Positions 17,480-26,733 of a stretch of 40,445 nucleotides of DNA are shown here, in pieces. Position 1 is the first letter of the stretch; the number at the start of each line of letters is the position of its first letter. Source of the DNA: a virus. Taxonomy: Duplodnaviria; Heunggongvirae; Uroviricota; Caudoviricetes. The notes beneath the pieces are model-generated. The model did not search any database and was not told the DNA's origin. It saw only the letters and a list, made by a program, of their open reading frames with translations. The position numbers and the translations under genes were made by a program. The stretch lies in IMG/VR virus record IMGVR_UViG_2541047760_000006. One strand, written 5' to 3'.

Positions 17480-17806
17480 ATGAAAAGACGCCTTTTACTA
17501 CTTTTTCTGTTATCTGTCCTGGCAGTGGGATGCTCGCAGCAAAAAGCTGATGAGCCCCGGCAATTAGTGACGGTGTATCCACGATATCCGGAATATGCTG
17601 CAGCAAATTATATCAAGGGGCTGGTTGAGGTTAAGTTCGATATTGGTGCTGATGGGACTGTGACACGGATCGTTTTTCTCCGCTCAGAGCCTCATAATTT
17701 GTTTCGTGATGAAGTGGTGAAGGCCATGGCGAAATGGCGATTTGAAAAGAATCGCCCCTGTCAGGGAGTGAAGAGACAATTTATCTTTACGCCGTCACGT
17801 CCTTGA
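17480..17806 (+). CDS. small lipoprotein with TonB C-terminal-like domain
   Basis: Internal ATG at 17480; signal/lipobox MKRRLLLLFLLSVLAVGC; mature part YPRYPEYAAANYIKGLVEVKFDIGADGTVTRIVFLRSEPHNLFRDEVVKAMAKWRFE aligns with the TonB C-terminal domain pattern (YP..A....I.G.V.V.F.I..DG.V.......S.P...F...V..A...WRF). Confidence 0.75.
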   Translation: MKRRLLLLFLLSVLAVGCSQQKADEPRQLVTVYPRYPEYAAANYIKGLVEVKFDIGADGTVTRIVFLRSEPHNLFRDEVVKAMAKWRFEKNRPCQGVKRQFIFTPSRP

Positions 17807-17928
17807 TGCTTCCAGGTAGAGAGGGGCTGGAAGCAGGAGAAAAATGAAAGAGCCAGCGGTTATATTTTTGTCATGGCTGACGAGGAATGATGGAAGAAGG
17901 CGTTGTATGCCACACAACGCCTCACTGT

Positions 17929-18108
17929 TCATTTCTTCTTTTTCTCTGGTGGAACCCGATGAATAAGAGTTGCACTGGTTTCCGATGAGATGGCGATATA
18001 CTCGGGCAAAGTATGCTGGCAGTTTTCCAACTGGTCAAAAATACCTGCTCTCGTCTGTTGCAATGCCTGCAGCATGCGGCGGCAATGCGCCTTGCTTTTA
18101 CTAACCAT
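17929..18108 (-). CDS. small hypothetical protein (frame may extend 5' to 18282)
   Basis: Track ORF 17929..18282 (117 aa) overlaps the next gene by 113 nt; the internal start at 18108 (MVSKSKAHCRRMLQALQQTRAGIFDQLENCQHTLPEY..., preceded by gaggaaggaaag) avoids the overlap. Stop is firm, start uncertain. Confidence 0.3.
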   Translation of the reverse strand: MVSKSKAHCRRMLQALQQTRAGIFDQLENCQHTLPEYIAISSETSATLIHRVPPEKKKK

Positions 18109-18169
18109 CTTTCCTTCCTCTATCAGTCGCTGCGTGAACTCATCATGGAATACCAGGTAAATGCGGATG

Positions 18170-18421
18170 TTATCGGTTTTGGCTACGCAGCATAGTACAA
18201 AACGGACAGGTGCATCCCGGGACGGGGGAGGCGTCACATGTCCCTGTGATGGTTGTTCCGGGTAATGTACTGTGTGGGGCATAAAAATGTCCGATAATTT
18301 TACTTTCTACCGCAGTTAGTTGATTCGTTGGTCCTGGTAGCACATTGGGCGAGGATTTAAATGCCAGGCAACTGAAGGATGATGTTGCAAGGGAGATAGC
18401 GAGAATATTTCTGATTTTCAT
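18170..18421 (-). CDS. small secreted Cys-rich protein (signal peptide)
   Basis: Internal ATG at 18419-18421: MKIRNILAISLATSSFSCLA (signal peptide) then FKSSPNVLPGPTNQ...GTCDASPVPGCTCPFCTMLRSQNR with five Cys in the mature part; gagg about 10 nt upstream. Confidence 0.5.
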   Translation of the reverse strand: MKIRNILAISLATSSFSCLAFKSSPNVLPGPTNQLTAVESKIIGHFYAPHSTLPGTTITGTCDASPVPGCTCPFCTMLRSQNR

Positions 18422-18559
18422 TTGATGATGCCTCTGTGTGAAATGACGGTAAACGACGCACTTGTGCCGGCACATAATAGCAAGCACCATAATAGATCAG
18501 ATTCGATTCTTGCTGTAAGTGATAATTATTCTCGTTTTCGGGTCCTTTCCGTCGATCCA

Positions 18560-18757
18560 ACAGGTTACGGGGCGGCGACCTCGCGGTTTTTCACTATTTA
18601 TGAAAATTTTTCAGGGAAAATCGTGTCGGTACTTCTCGAATATAACTTTTTGTTTTTTTTAATATTGCATCCGTAAAGGTCCGACATGAAAGTGTCCGAA
18701 AATGCCTTTTTCTGGCGTTTTCATGTCGGGCCTTGTATTTGATAATGGGTTGTTTTC
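18560..18757 (+). other. cos: cos site (cosN GGGCGGCGACCT at 18570-18581 plus cosB with inverted terminase-binding repeats)
   Basis: acggGGCGGCGACCTcgcggtttttcactatttatgaaaatttttc matches the lambda left cohesive end and adjacent sequence; inverted repeats ggtccgacatgaaa / tttcatgtcgggcc at 18679-18692 and 18720-18733; Nu1 starts at 18758. Confidence 0.85.
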
Positions 18758-19306
18758 ATGAAGGTTAATAAAAAGAGGCTTGCCGAAATTTTCAACGTGG
18801 ACCCGCGGACGATTGAACGCTGGCAGTCTCAGGGACTCCCTTGCGCCTCCAAAGGTAGTAAGGGCATTGAATCTGTATTTGATACTGCCATGGCAATTCA
18901 GTGGTATGCGCAGAGGGAAACTGATATCGAAAACGAAAAGCTCCGCAAAGAACTGGACGATTTGCGTGCGGCAGCGGAGTCAGATTTACAACCCGGCACC
19001 ATTGACTATGAACGCTACCGGCTCACAAAAGCGCAGGCAGATGCGCAGGAACTGAAAAATGCCCGTGAAGACGGAGTAGTGCTGGAAACTGAACTGTTTA
19101 CCTTCATTCTGCAACGTGTGGCACAGGAGATTTCGGGGATACTTGTGCGTGTGCCGTTGACATTACAGCGTAAATATCCGGACATTTCACCATCACACCT
19201 TGATGTGGTGAAAACTGAAATCGCGAAAGCCTCCAATGTTGCAGCTAAGGCCGGTGAAAACGTGGGCGGGTGGATCGATGATTTCAGACGCGCAGAAGGC
19301 AGCTAA
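18758..19306 (+). CDS. nu1: terminase small subunit Nu1
   Basis: 182-aa translation [28 protein letters not shown]...[48 protein letters not shown] matches lambda gpNu1. Confidence 0.95.
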
Positions 19307-21206
19307 TGCAGCCGGTGCGATAGCTACAGGGCTTTTATCTCTCATTATTCCTGTTCCACTGACGACAGTTCAGTGGGCCAATAAACATTATTACCTTCCT
19401 AAAGAGTCGTCTTATACCCCGGGGCGATGGGAAACACTGCCGTTTCAGGTTGGCATCATGAACTGTATGGGCAACGATCTGATTCGCACGGTTAACCTGA
19501 TTAAATCTGCCCGTGTTGGTTATACAAAGATGTTGCTGGGAGTGGAGGCTTATTTTATTGAGCATAAATCACGCAACAGCCTTCTTTTTCAGCCCACGGA
19601 CTCAGCTGCTGAAGATTTTATGAAATCTCATGTTGAGCCAACGATAAGGGATGTTCCTGCATTGCTGGAGCTGGCTCCATGGTTCGGAAGAAAACACCGC
19701 GATAATACGCTCACCCTGAAGCGTTTTTCCTCCGGTGTGGGGTTCTGGTGTCTGGGTGGTGCGGCAGCAAAAAACTACCGTGAAAAATCCGTGGATGTGG
19801 TCTGTTATGACGAGCTTTCCTCGTTCGAACCGGATGTTGAAAAAGAGGGTTCGCCAACCCTGCTGGGGGATAAACGTATTGAGGGCTCTGTATGGCCAAA
19901 ATCCATTCGCGGCTCGACGCCTAAAATCAAAGGCTCCTGCCAGATCGAAAAAGCCGCTAACGAGTCGGCACACTTCATGCGTTTTTATGTGCCCTGTCCG
20001 CACTGTGGGGAGGAGCAGTATCTGAAATTTGGCGATGATGCCTCGCCTTTCGGTCTTAAGTGGGAGAAGAATAAGCCAGAAAGTGTTTTCTACCTTTGTG
20101 AGCATCATGGCTGTGTGATCCATCAGTCTGAGCTTGACCAGAGTAACGGGCGGTGGATCTGTGAAAACACGGGCATGTGAACCCGTGACGGCCTGATGTT
20201 TTTCAGCGCCCGGGGTGATGAAATTCCGCCGCCGCGCTCCATCACTTTCCATATCTGGACGGCGTACAGTCCGTTCACCACCTGGGTACAGATTGTCTAT
20301 GACTGGCTGGATGCACTGAAAGATCCCAACGGCCTGAAAACCTTTGTGAACACCACGCTGGGCGAGACCTGGGAAGAGGCTGTGGGCGAAAAACTCGATC
20401 ACCAGGTGCTGATGGATAAGGTTGTGCGTTACACGGCGGCGGTGCCTGCCCGGGTGGTTTATCTGACGGCGGGCATTGACTCGCAGCGAAACCGTTTTGA
20501 GATGTATGTCTGGGGATGGGCTCCGGGAGAGGAAGCCTTTCTGGTGGATAAAATCATCATTATGGGGCGTCCCGATGAGGAAGAGACGCTGTTACGTGTG
20601 GATGCGGCGATCAACAAAAAATACCGCCATGCAGACGGAACCGAAATGACCATTTCCCGTGTCTGCTGGGACATCGGGGGGATCGATGGCGAAATCGTTT
20701 ATCAGAGGTCAAAAAAACACGGTGTTTTCCGGGTGCTGCCGGTAAAAGGCGCATCTGTCTATGGCAAGCCGGTGATCACCATGCCAAAAACCCGCAATCA
20801 GCGGGGCGTTTATCTGTGTGAAGTGGGGACGGACACCGCAAAAGAAATTCTCTATGCCCGTATGAAAGCCGATCCCACGCCTGTGGATGAAGCCACGTCG
20901 TATGCCATCCGTTTTCCTGATGATCCGGAGATTTTTTCGCAGACAGAGGCGCAGCAACTGGTCGCGGAAGAGCTTGTGGAGAAGTGGGAAAAAGGAAAGA
21001 TGCGTCTGCTGTGGGATAACAAAAAGCGGCGTAACGAAGCGCTGGACTGCCTGGTGTATGCCTACGCGGCATTACGTGTGTCCGTGCAACGCTGGCAGCT
21101 TGATCTGGCTGTACTGGCAAAATCCCGGGAAGAAGAGACGACCCGGCCAACCCTTAAAGAACTGGCAGCGAAGCTGTCCGGAGGAGTGAATGGTTACAGT
21201 CGCTGA
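19278..21206 (+). pseudogene. A: terminase large subunit gpA interrupted by an in-frame TGA (20178-20180)
   Basis: Track ORFs 19236..20180 and 20196..21206 are in the same frame (offset 960 nt) and together align with lambda gpA across the break: ...RWICENTGM-*-TRDGLMFFSARGDEIPPPRSITFHIWTAYSPFTTWVQIV. The TGA sits where lambda has Trp (TGG). Likely start is the ATG at 19278. Confidence 0.85.
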
Positions 21207-21396
21207 ACTGCAGGCGCTGCGTCAGGCGCGCCTTGATTTATTAACCGGTAAACGGGTGGTGTCTGTCCAGAAAGATGGTCGCAGAATTGAATATACGGCG
21301 GCTTCTCTGGATGAGCTTAACCGGGCGATCAATGATGCGGAGTCGGTACTGGGGACAACCCGGTGTCGCCGTCGTCCGCTGGGAGTGAGCTTATGA
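21190..21396 (+). CDS. W: head-tail joining protein gpW
   Basis: 68-aa product with LLTGKRVVSVQKDGRRIEYTAASL, matching lambda gpW ([23 protein letters not shown]). Confidence 0.9.
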   Translation: MVTVAELQALRQARLDLLTGKRVVSVQKDGRRIEYTAASLDELNRAINDAESVLGTTRCRRRPLGVSL

Positions 21397-22985
21397 AACG
21401 AACGCCTGTCCTGATTGATGTGAACGGCGTTCCGCTTCGTGAGAGTCTCAGCTACAACGGGGGCGGTGCAGGATTTGGCGGGCAAATGGCGGAGTGGTTG
21501 CCACCGGCGCAGAGTGCCGATGCGGCCCTGCTGCCCGCGTTGCGTCTGGGGAATGCCCGGGCAGATGATCTGGTGCGCAATAACGGAATAGCGGCTAATG
21601 CGGTGGCTCTGCATAAGGATCACATTGTCGGGCATATGTTTCTGATCAGCTACCGTCCGAACTGGCGCTGGCTGGGGATGCGGGAGACCGCAGCAAAAAG
21701 CTTTGTCGATGAGGTGGAGGCGGCCTGGTCAGAATACGCAGAAGGGATGTTTGGTGAGATCGACGTGGAAGGGAAACGCACGTTTACGGAATTTATCCGT
21801 GAAGGTGTGGGCGTTCATGCGTTTAACGGCGAAATCTTTGTGCAGCCGGTCTGGGATACGGAGAGCACGCAACTGTTTCGTACGCGTTTTAAAGCCGTGA
21901 GTCCGAAACGGGTGGACACGCCTGGACACGGTATGGGGAACCGTTTTCTGCGGGCCGGTGTGGAGGTCGATCGATATGGCCGTGCCGTCGCGTACCATAT
22001 CTGTGAGGATGATTTTCCTCGCTCCGGGAGTGGACGATGGGAACGGATCCCGCGTGAACTTCCCACCGGGCGTCCGGCCATGCTGCATATTTTCGAGCCG
22101 GTGGAGGACGGGCAGACCCGTGGGGCCAACCAGTTTTACAGCGTCATGGAACGGCTGAAGATGCTCGATTCCCTGCAGGCAACACAGCTTCAGTCGGCCA
22201 TAGTGAAGGCGATGTATGCAGCGACGATTGAAAGTGAACTTGATACCGAAAAGGCCTTTGAATATATCGCCGGCGCGCCACAGGAGCAGAAGGATAATCC
22301 GCTTATTAATATTCTGGAGAAGTTTTCCAGCTGGTATGACACGAATAACGTGACGCTGGGCGGTGTCAAAATTCCGCACCTTTTCCCTGGTGATGATCTG
22401 AAACTACAGACTGCGCAGGATTCAGACAATGGATTTTCGGCGCTTGAACAGGCGCTGCTGCGGTATATCGCCGCCGGTCTTGGTGTTTCCTACGAACAGT
22501 TGTCCCGTGATTACTCGAAGGTCAGTTATTCAAGTGCCCGCGCCTCCGCCAATGAGTCGTGGCGCTATTTTATGGGACGACGAAAATTTATTGCGTCCCG
22601 GCTGGCCACGCAGATGTTTTCCTGCTGGCTGGAAGAGGCACTTCTTCGGGGGATTATTCGTCCGCCACGGGCACGTTTTGATTTTTATCAGGCGCGTTCA
22701 GCCTGGTCACGGGCTGAGTGGATTGGTGCCGGAAGAATGGCCATTGACGGGCTCAAGGAGGTTCAGGAATCGGTGATGCGTATTGATTCCGGACTGAGCA
22801 CGTATGAGAAAGAGCTGGCGCTGATGGGCGAGGATTATCAGGACATTTTCCGCCAGCAGGTCAGGGAATCTGCAGAGCGGGAAAAAGCCGGACTCTCACG
22901 TCCGGTGTGGATAGCGCAGGCGTATCAGCAGCAGATAGCGGAGAGTCGCAGGCCGGAAGAGGAGACAACACCACGTGAGACGTAA
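21393..22985 (+). CDS. B: portal protein gpB
   Basis: Start at internal ATG 21393 (overlaps W stop); long conserved blocks with lambda gpB (FEPVEDGQTRGAN.FYSVME, LQSAIVKAMYAATIESELDT, LRYIAAGLGVSYEQLSR). Confidence 0.95.
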   Translation: MKRTPVLIDVNGVPLRESLSYNGGGAGFGGQMAEWLPPAQSADAALLPALRLGNARADDLVRNNGIAANAVALHKDHIVGHMFLISYRPNWRWLGMRETAAKSFVDEVEAAWSEYAEGMFGEIDVEGKRTFTEFIREGVGVHAFNGEIFVQPVWDTESTQLFRTRFKAVSPKRVDTPGHGMGNRFLRAGVEVDRYGRAVAYHICEDDFPRSGSGRWERIPRELPTGRPAMLHIFEPVEDGQTRGANQFYSVMERLKMLDSLQATQLQSAIVKAMYAATIESELDTEKAFEYIAGAPQEQKDNPLINILEKFSSWYDTNNVTLGGVKIPHLFPGDDLKLQTAQDSDNGFSALEQALLRYIAAGLGVSYEQLSRDYSKVSYSSARASANESWRYFMGRRKFIASRLATQMFSCWLEEALLRGIIRPPRARFDFYQARSAWSRAEWIGAGRMAIDGLKEVQESVMRIDSGLSTYEKELALMGEDYQDIFRQQVRESAEREKAGLSRPVWIAQAYQQQIAESRRPEEETTPRET

Positions 22986-24480
22986 TCTTTCACACATTAT
23001 TGCAGCAGCATTCAATGAACCGCTGCTTCTGGAGCCCGCCTATGCGCGGGTTTTCTTTTGCGCGCTCGGGCGCGAGATGGGGGCAGCAAGTCTTTCGGTA
23101 CCACAACAGCAGGTACAGCTTGATGCTCCCGGAATGCTGGCTGAAACGGACGAGTACATGGCCGGAGGTAAACGACCGGCCCGTGTTTACCGGGTGGTGA
23201 ACGGTATTGCTGTACTGCCGGTGACCGGCACGCTGGTGCACCGGCTGGGGGGTATGCGGCCATTTTCCGGAATGACAGGCTATGACGGCATTGTCGCCTG
23301 TCTTCAGCAGGCAATGGCGGATAGCCAGGTGCGGGGTGTACTGCTGGACATTGACAGTCCGGGCGGGCAGGCCGCCGGTGCGTTTGACTGTGCTGACATG
23401 ATTTACCGACTCCGTCAGCAGAAGCCGGTCTGGGCACTGTGCAATGACACGGCCTGTTCTGCAGCCATGCTGCTGGCGTCGGCCTGCTCCCGACGGCTGG
23501 TTACCCAGACATCCCGTATCGGCTCCATTGGCGTGATGATGAGCCATGTCAGCTATGCCGGTCATCTGGCGCAGGCCGGTGTGGATATCACGCTGATTTA
23601 CTCAGGGGCGCACAAGGTGGATGGCAATCAGTTTGAAGCGTTGCCGGAAGAGGTTCGCCAGGACATGCAGCAGCGGATTGATGCGGCGCGCCGGATGTTT
23701 GCCGAAAAAGTGGCGATGTATACCGGTCTGTCTGTTGATGCCGTCACGGGAACAGAGGCTGCCGTTTTTGAAGGTCAGTCCGGCATTGAGGCCGGGCTGG
23801 CGGATGAATTAATCAATGCGTCGGATGCCATCAGTGTGATGGCCACGGCGCTGAACAGTAATGTCAGAGGAGGCACTATGCCGCAATTAACTGCAACGGA
23901 AGCCGCCGCGCAGGAGAACCAGCGAGTGATGGGGATCCTGACATGCCAGGAAGCGAAAGGACGTGAACAGCTTGCCACGATGCTGGCAGGACAACAGGGC
24001 ATGAGCGTTGAACAGGCCCGGGCGATTCTGACCGCGGCAGCACCACAGCAGCCGGTGGCATCCACGCAGAGTGAAGCCGATCGCATTATGGCGTGTGAAG
24101 AGGCTAAAGGTCGTGAACAACTGGCGGCAACGCTGGCGGCGATGCCGGAGATGACGGTGGAAAAAGCCCGCCCGATCCTGGCTGCTTCACCGCAGGCGGA
24201 TGCCGGACCATCACTCCGTGATCAGATCATGGCACTGGATGAGGCAAAAGGGGCTGAGGCGCAGGCTGAACAGCTGGCTGCCTGCCCGGGAATGACAGTG
24301 GAGAGCGCCCGGGCTGTGCTGGCTGCGGGATCAGGTAAGGCAGAACCGGTCTCTGCATCCACAACCGCCATGTTTGAACATTTCATGGCGAATCATTCAC
24401 CGGCAGCGGTGCGGGGTGGCGTGTCACAGACGTCAGCAGACGGTGATGCGGACGTGAAAATGCTCATGGCCATGCCATGA
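22975..24480 (+). CDS. C: prohead protease / scaffold gpC (S49 peptidase; Nu3-like scaffold portion in frame at the C-terminus)
   Basis: GTG start overlapping the B stop; N-terminal and protease core align with lambda gpC (AAFNEPLLLEPAYARVFFCAL...). The C-terminal third contains three tandem ~35-aa repeats. Confidence 0.9.
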   Translation: MRRNLSHIIAAAFNEPLLLEPAYARVFFCALGREMGAASLSVPQQQVQLDAPGMLAETDEYMAGGKRPARVYRVVNGIAVLPVTGTLVHRLGGMRPFSGMTGYDGIVACLQQAMADSQVRGVLLDIDSPGGQAAGAFDCADMIYRLRQQKPVWALCNDTACSAAMLLASACSRRLVTQTSRIGSIGVMMSHVSYAGHLAQAGVDITLIYSGAHKVDGNQFEALPEEVRQDMQQRIDAARRMFAEKVAMYTGLSVDAVTGTEAAVFEGQSGIEAGLADELINASDAISVMATALNSNVRGGTMPQLTATEAAAQENQRVMGILTCQEAKGREQLATMLAGQQGMSVEQARAILTAAAPQQPVASTQSEADRIMACEEAKGREQLAATLAAMPEMTVEKARPILAASPQADAGPSLRDQIMALDEAKGAEAQAEQLAACPGMTVESARAVLAAGSGKAEPVSASTTAMFEHFMANHSPAAVRGGVSQTSADGDADVKMLMAMP

Positions 24481-24516
24481 AGTCAGTGCTGACCATCAAT
24501 AGGAGGTTTTTACAAT

Positions 24517-24864
24517 ATGGTGACGAAAACCATCACTGAACAACGTGCAGAAGTACGTATTTTTGCCGGTAATGATCCGGCTCATACCGCCACAGGCAGC
24601 AGCGGGATTTCTCAGGCAACACCGGCACTGACGCCCCTGATGCTGGATGAAGCCAGCGGGAAACTGGTTGTCTGGGATGGACAGAAAGCCGGTAGTGCGG
24701 TTGGCATACTGGTACTGCCGCTTGAAGGCACAGAGACGGCGCTGACGTATTACAAGTCGGGAACCTTTGCGACGGAGGCAATCCACTGGCCTGAAAGTGT
24801 GGATGAACACAAAAAGGCAAATGCCTTTGCCGGTACAGCCCTGAGTCACGCGGCGCTGCCGTAA
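24517..24864 (+). CDS. D: head decoration protein gpD
   Basis: RBS aggagg then ATG; product shares DPAHTAT, TPLMLD, VGIL, YKSGTF and AFAGTA blocks with lambda gpD. Confidence 0.93.
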   Translation: MVTKTITEQRAEVRIFAGNDPAHTATGSSGISQATPALTPLMLDEASGKLVVWDGQKAGSAVGILVLPLEGTETALTYYKSGTFATEAIHWPESVDEHKKANAFAGTALSHAALP

Positions 24865-24873
24865 CACGTTATC

Positions 24874-24893
24874 AGGCCACCATGGTGGCCTGA
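24874..24893 (+). terminator. 20-bp perfect palindrome between D and E (attenuator-like hairpin)
   Basis: caggccaccatggtggcctg at 24874-24893, followed by only a weak T-rich stretch. Confidence 0.35.
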
Positions 24894-24921
24894 CTGATTT
24901 CTGAATGAAAGGAACTGATTT

Positions 24922-25950
24922 ATGGGATTGTTTACGACCCGCCAGTTACTCGGTTATACCGAACAAAAAGTTAAATTCCGTGCGCTGTTTCTGGAGCTGT
25001 TTTTCCGCCGTACGGTGAATTTCCACACCGAAGAGGTGATGCTGGACAAAATTACCGGAAAAACGCCGGTGGCGGCCTATGTCTCCCCGGTTGTTGAAGG
25101 AAAAGTGCTGCGTCATCGTGGTGGTGAAACCCGCGTGTTGCGTCCGGGCTACGTCAAGCCCAAACACGAATTTAATTACCAGCAGGCGGTTGAGCGCCTT
25201 CCTGGTGAAGATCCGGCTCAGCTGAACGACCCGGCCTACCGTCGTCTGCGTATCATTACCGATAACCTCAAACAGGAAGAGCACGCGATTGTCCAGGTGG
25301 AAGAAATGCAGGCGGTAAATGCTGTGTTGTATGGCAAATACACCATGGAAGGAGACCAGTTCGAGAAAATTGAGGTCGATTTTGGCAGGTCGACGAAGAA
25401 TAACATCACTCAGGGTAGTGGTAAGGAGTGGTCAAAACAGGATCGTGACACGTTCGATCCTACACATGATATTGACCTCTACTGCGACCTGGCCAGCGGT
25501 CTTGTGAATATTGCCATTATGGACGGTACCGTCTGGCGTCTTCTGAATGGTTTTAAGCTGTTCCGCGAAAAACTGGATACCCGTCGCGGCTCAAATTCAC
25601 AACTCGAAACGGCAGTGAAAGATCTGGGCGCAGTGGTGTCCTTCAAGGGGTATTACGGCGATCTGGCCATTGTGGTGGCGAAAACGTCTTATGTGGCAGA
25701 GGACGGTACCGAAAAACGTTATCTGCCGGAGGGCACACTGGTCCTGGGGAATACGGCAGCAGAGGGCATTCGTTGCTATGGTGCCATTCAGGATGCGCAG
25801 GCGTTGTCCGAAGGTGTGGTGGCCTCTTCCCGTTATCCGAAACACTGGCTGACTGTGGGCGATCCGGCCCGTGAATTCACCATGACGCAGTCCGCACCGC
25901 TGATGGTGCTGCTGGATCCGGATGAGTTTGTGGTGGTACAGGTGAAATAA
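24922..25950 (+). CDS. E: major capsid protein gpE
   Basis: 342-aa product with extensive identity to lambda gpE (PGYVKPKHE, AIVQVEEMQAV, KLDTRRGSNS.LETAVKDLG, TGDPAREFTM.QSAPLM.L.DPDEFV). Confidence 0.97.
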   Translation: MGLFTTRQLLGYTEQKVKFRALFLELFFRRTVNFHTEEVMLDKITGKTPVAAYVSPVVEGKVLRHRGGETRVLRPGYVKPKHEFNYQQAVERLPGEDPAQLNDPAYRRLRIITDNLKQEEHAIVQVEEMQAVNAVLYGKYTMEGDQFEKIEVDFGRSTKNNITQGSGKEWSKQDRDTFDPTHDIDLYCDLASGLVNIAIMDGTVWRLLNGFKLFREKLDTRRGSNSQLETAVKDLGAVVSFKGYYGDLAIVVAKTSYVAEDGTEKRYLPEGTLVLGNTAAEGIRCYGAIQDAQALSEGVVASSRYPKHWLTVGDPAREFTMTQSAPLMVLLDPDEFVVVQVK

Positions 25951-25959
25951 TCCGTGAGC

Positions 25960-25988
25960 GGGGGCGAAATGCCCCCGTGTCTTTTTTC
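25960..25988 (+). terminator. rho-independent terminator-like hairpin after E
   Basis: gggggc-gaaat-gccccc followed by gtgtctttttt. Confidence 0.5.
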
Positions 25989-26001
25989 ACAGGGGGCTGA
26001 T

Positions 26002-26376
26002 ATGGCAACGAAAGAGCAAAATCTGAAACGGCTTGATGAACTGGCCCTGATTCTGGGGCGTGAGCCGGATATATCCGGGAGTGCCGCAGAGATAGCGCAG
26101 CGGGTGGCAGAATGGGAAGAGGAAATGCAGTCATCCGGCGATGATGTACAGGTTATGAATATGGATATCCGGGAGCGGGAAACCGCGGCTCATGATGTTC
26201 GTGAGGAAACATCCGGCGCGTTAACGCGCATCAGAGTTCTGACCTGCCTCCATCTCTGTGGCGTTGATGGTGAAACGGGGGAATCCGTTGAGCTTGCGGA
26301 TGTTGGTCGGGTGATTCTGATTATGTCCTCAGATGCAAAAACACACGTTGATGGTGGAATGGCTGTTTATGCGTGA
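26002..26376 (+). CDS. FI: DNA-packaging protein gpFI
   Basis: Internal ATG at 26002 (MATKEQNLKRLDELALILG...); position between E and FII; acidic product consistent with gpFI. Similarity to lambda FI is modest. Confidence 0.8.
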   Translation: MATKEQNLKRLDELALILGREPDISGSAAEIAQRVAEWEEEMQSSGDDVQVMNMDIRERETAAHDVREETSGALTRIRVLTCLHLCGVDGETGESVELADVGRVILIMSSDAKTHVDGGMAVYA

Positions 26377-26722
26377 TTTTCAGAATGCCTTTGATGCCGC
26401 CCTTGCCGGGGTGGACAGTACGATTGTTGAAGTGATGGGCATCAGTGCGCAGTTCACCTCCGGTGCACAGCGTGGCGGCGAGGTTCATGGCGTTTTTGAC
26501 GATCCGGAGTCGCTGGGTTTTGCCAGTAGTGGGATCCGTATTGAAGGAAGTAACCCGTCATTATTTGTGCTTACGGATACGGTTTGTGCTGTACGGCGTG
26601 GTGACACGCTGACCATTAACGGCGAGATGTTCTGGGTGGACCGTGTTTCTCCGGATGACGGAGGGAGTTGTTATCTCTGGCTCAACCGGGGGCAACCACC
26701 TGCCGCCAGCCGTCGCCGCTGA
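26369..26722 (+). CDS. FII: head-tail connector gpFII
   Basis: Internal ATG at 26369: MRDFQNAFDAALAG...GVFDDPE...FWVDRVSPDDGGSCYLWLNRGQPPAASRRR, matching lambda gpFII. Confidence 0.93.
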   Translation: MRDFQNAFDAALAGVDSTIVEVMGISAQFTSGAQRGGEVHGVFDDPESLGFASSGIRIEGSNPSLFVLTDTVCAVRRGDTLTINGEMFWVDRVSPDDGGSCYLWLNRGQPPAASRRR

Positions 26723-26733
26723 AAGGGGGATGT

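Noticed and set aside
19602-20402. 266-aa minus-strand ORF spanning the terminase break
   Set aside because: Antisense to the gpA coding sequence on both sides of the TGA; the two halves of gpA align in a single frame, so the interruption is a point change, not an inserted antisense gene.
21729-22379. 216-aa minus-strand ORF inside the portal gene
   Set aside because: Antisense to well-conserved gpB sequence; Arg/His-rich artefactual translation.
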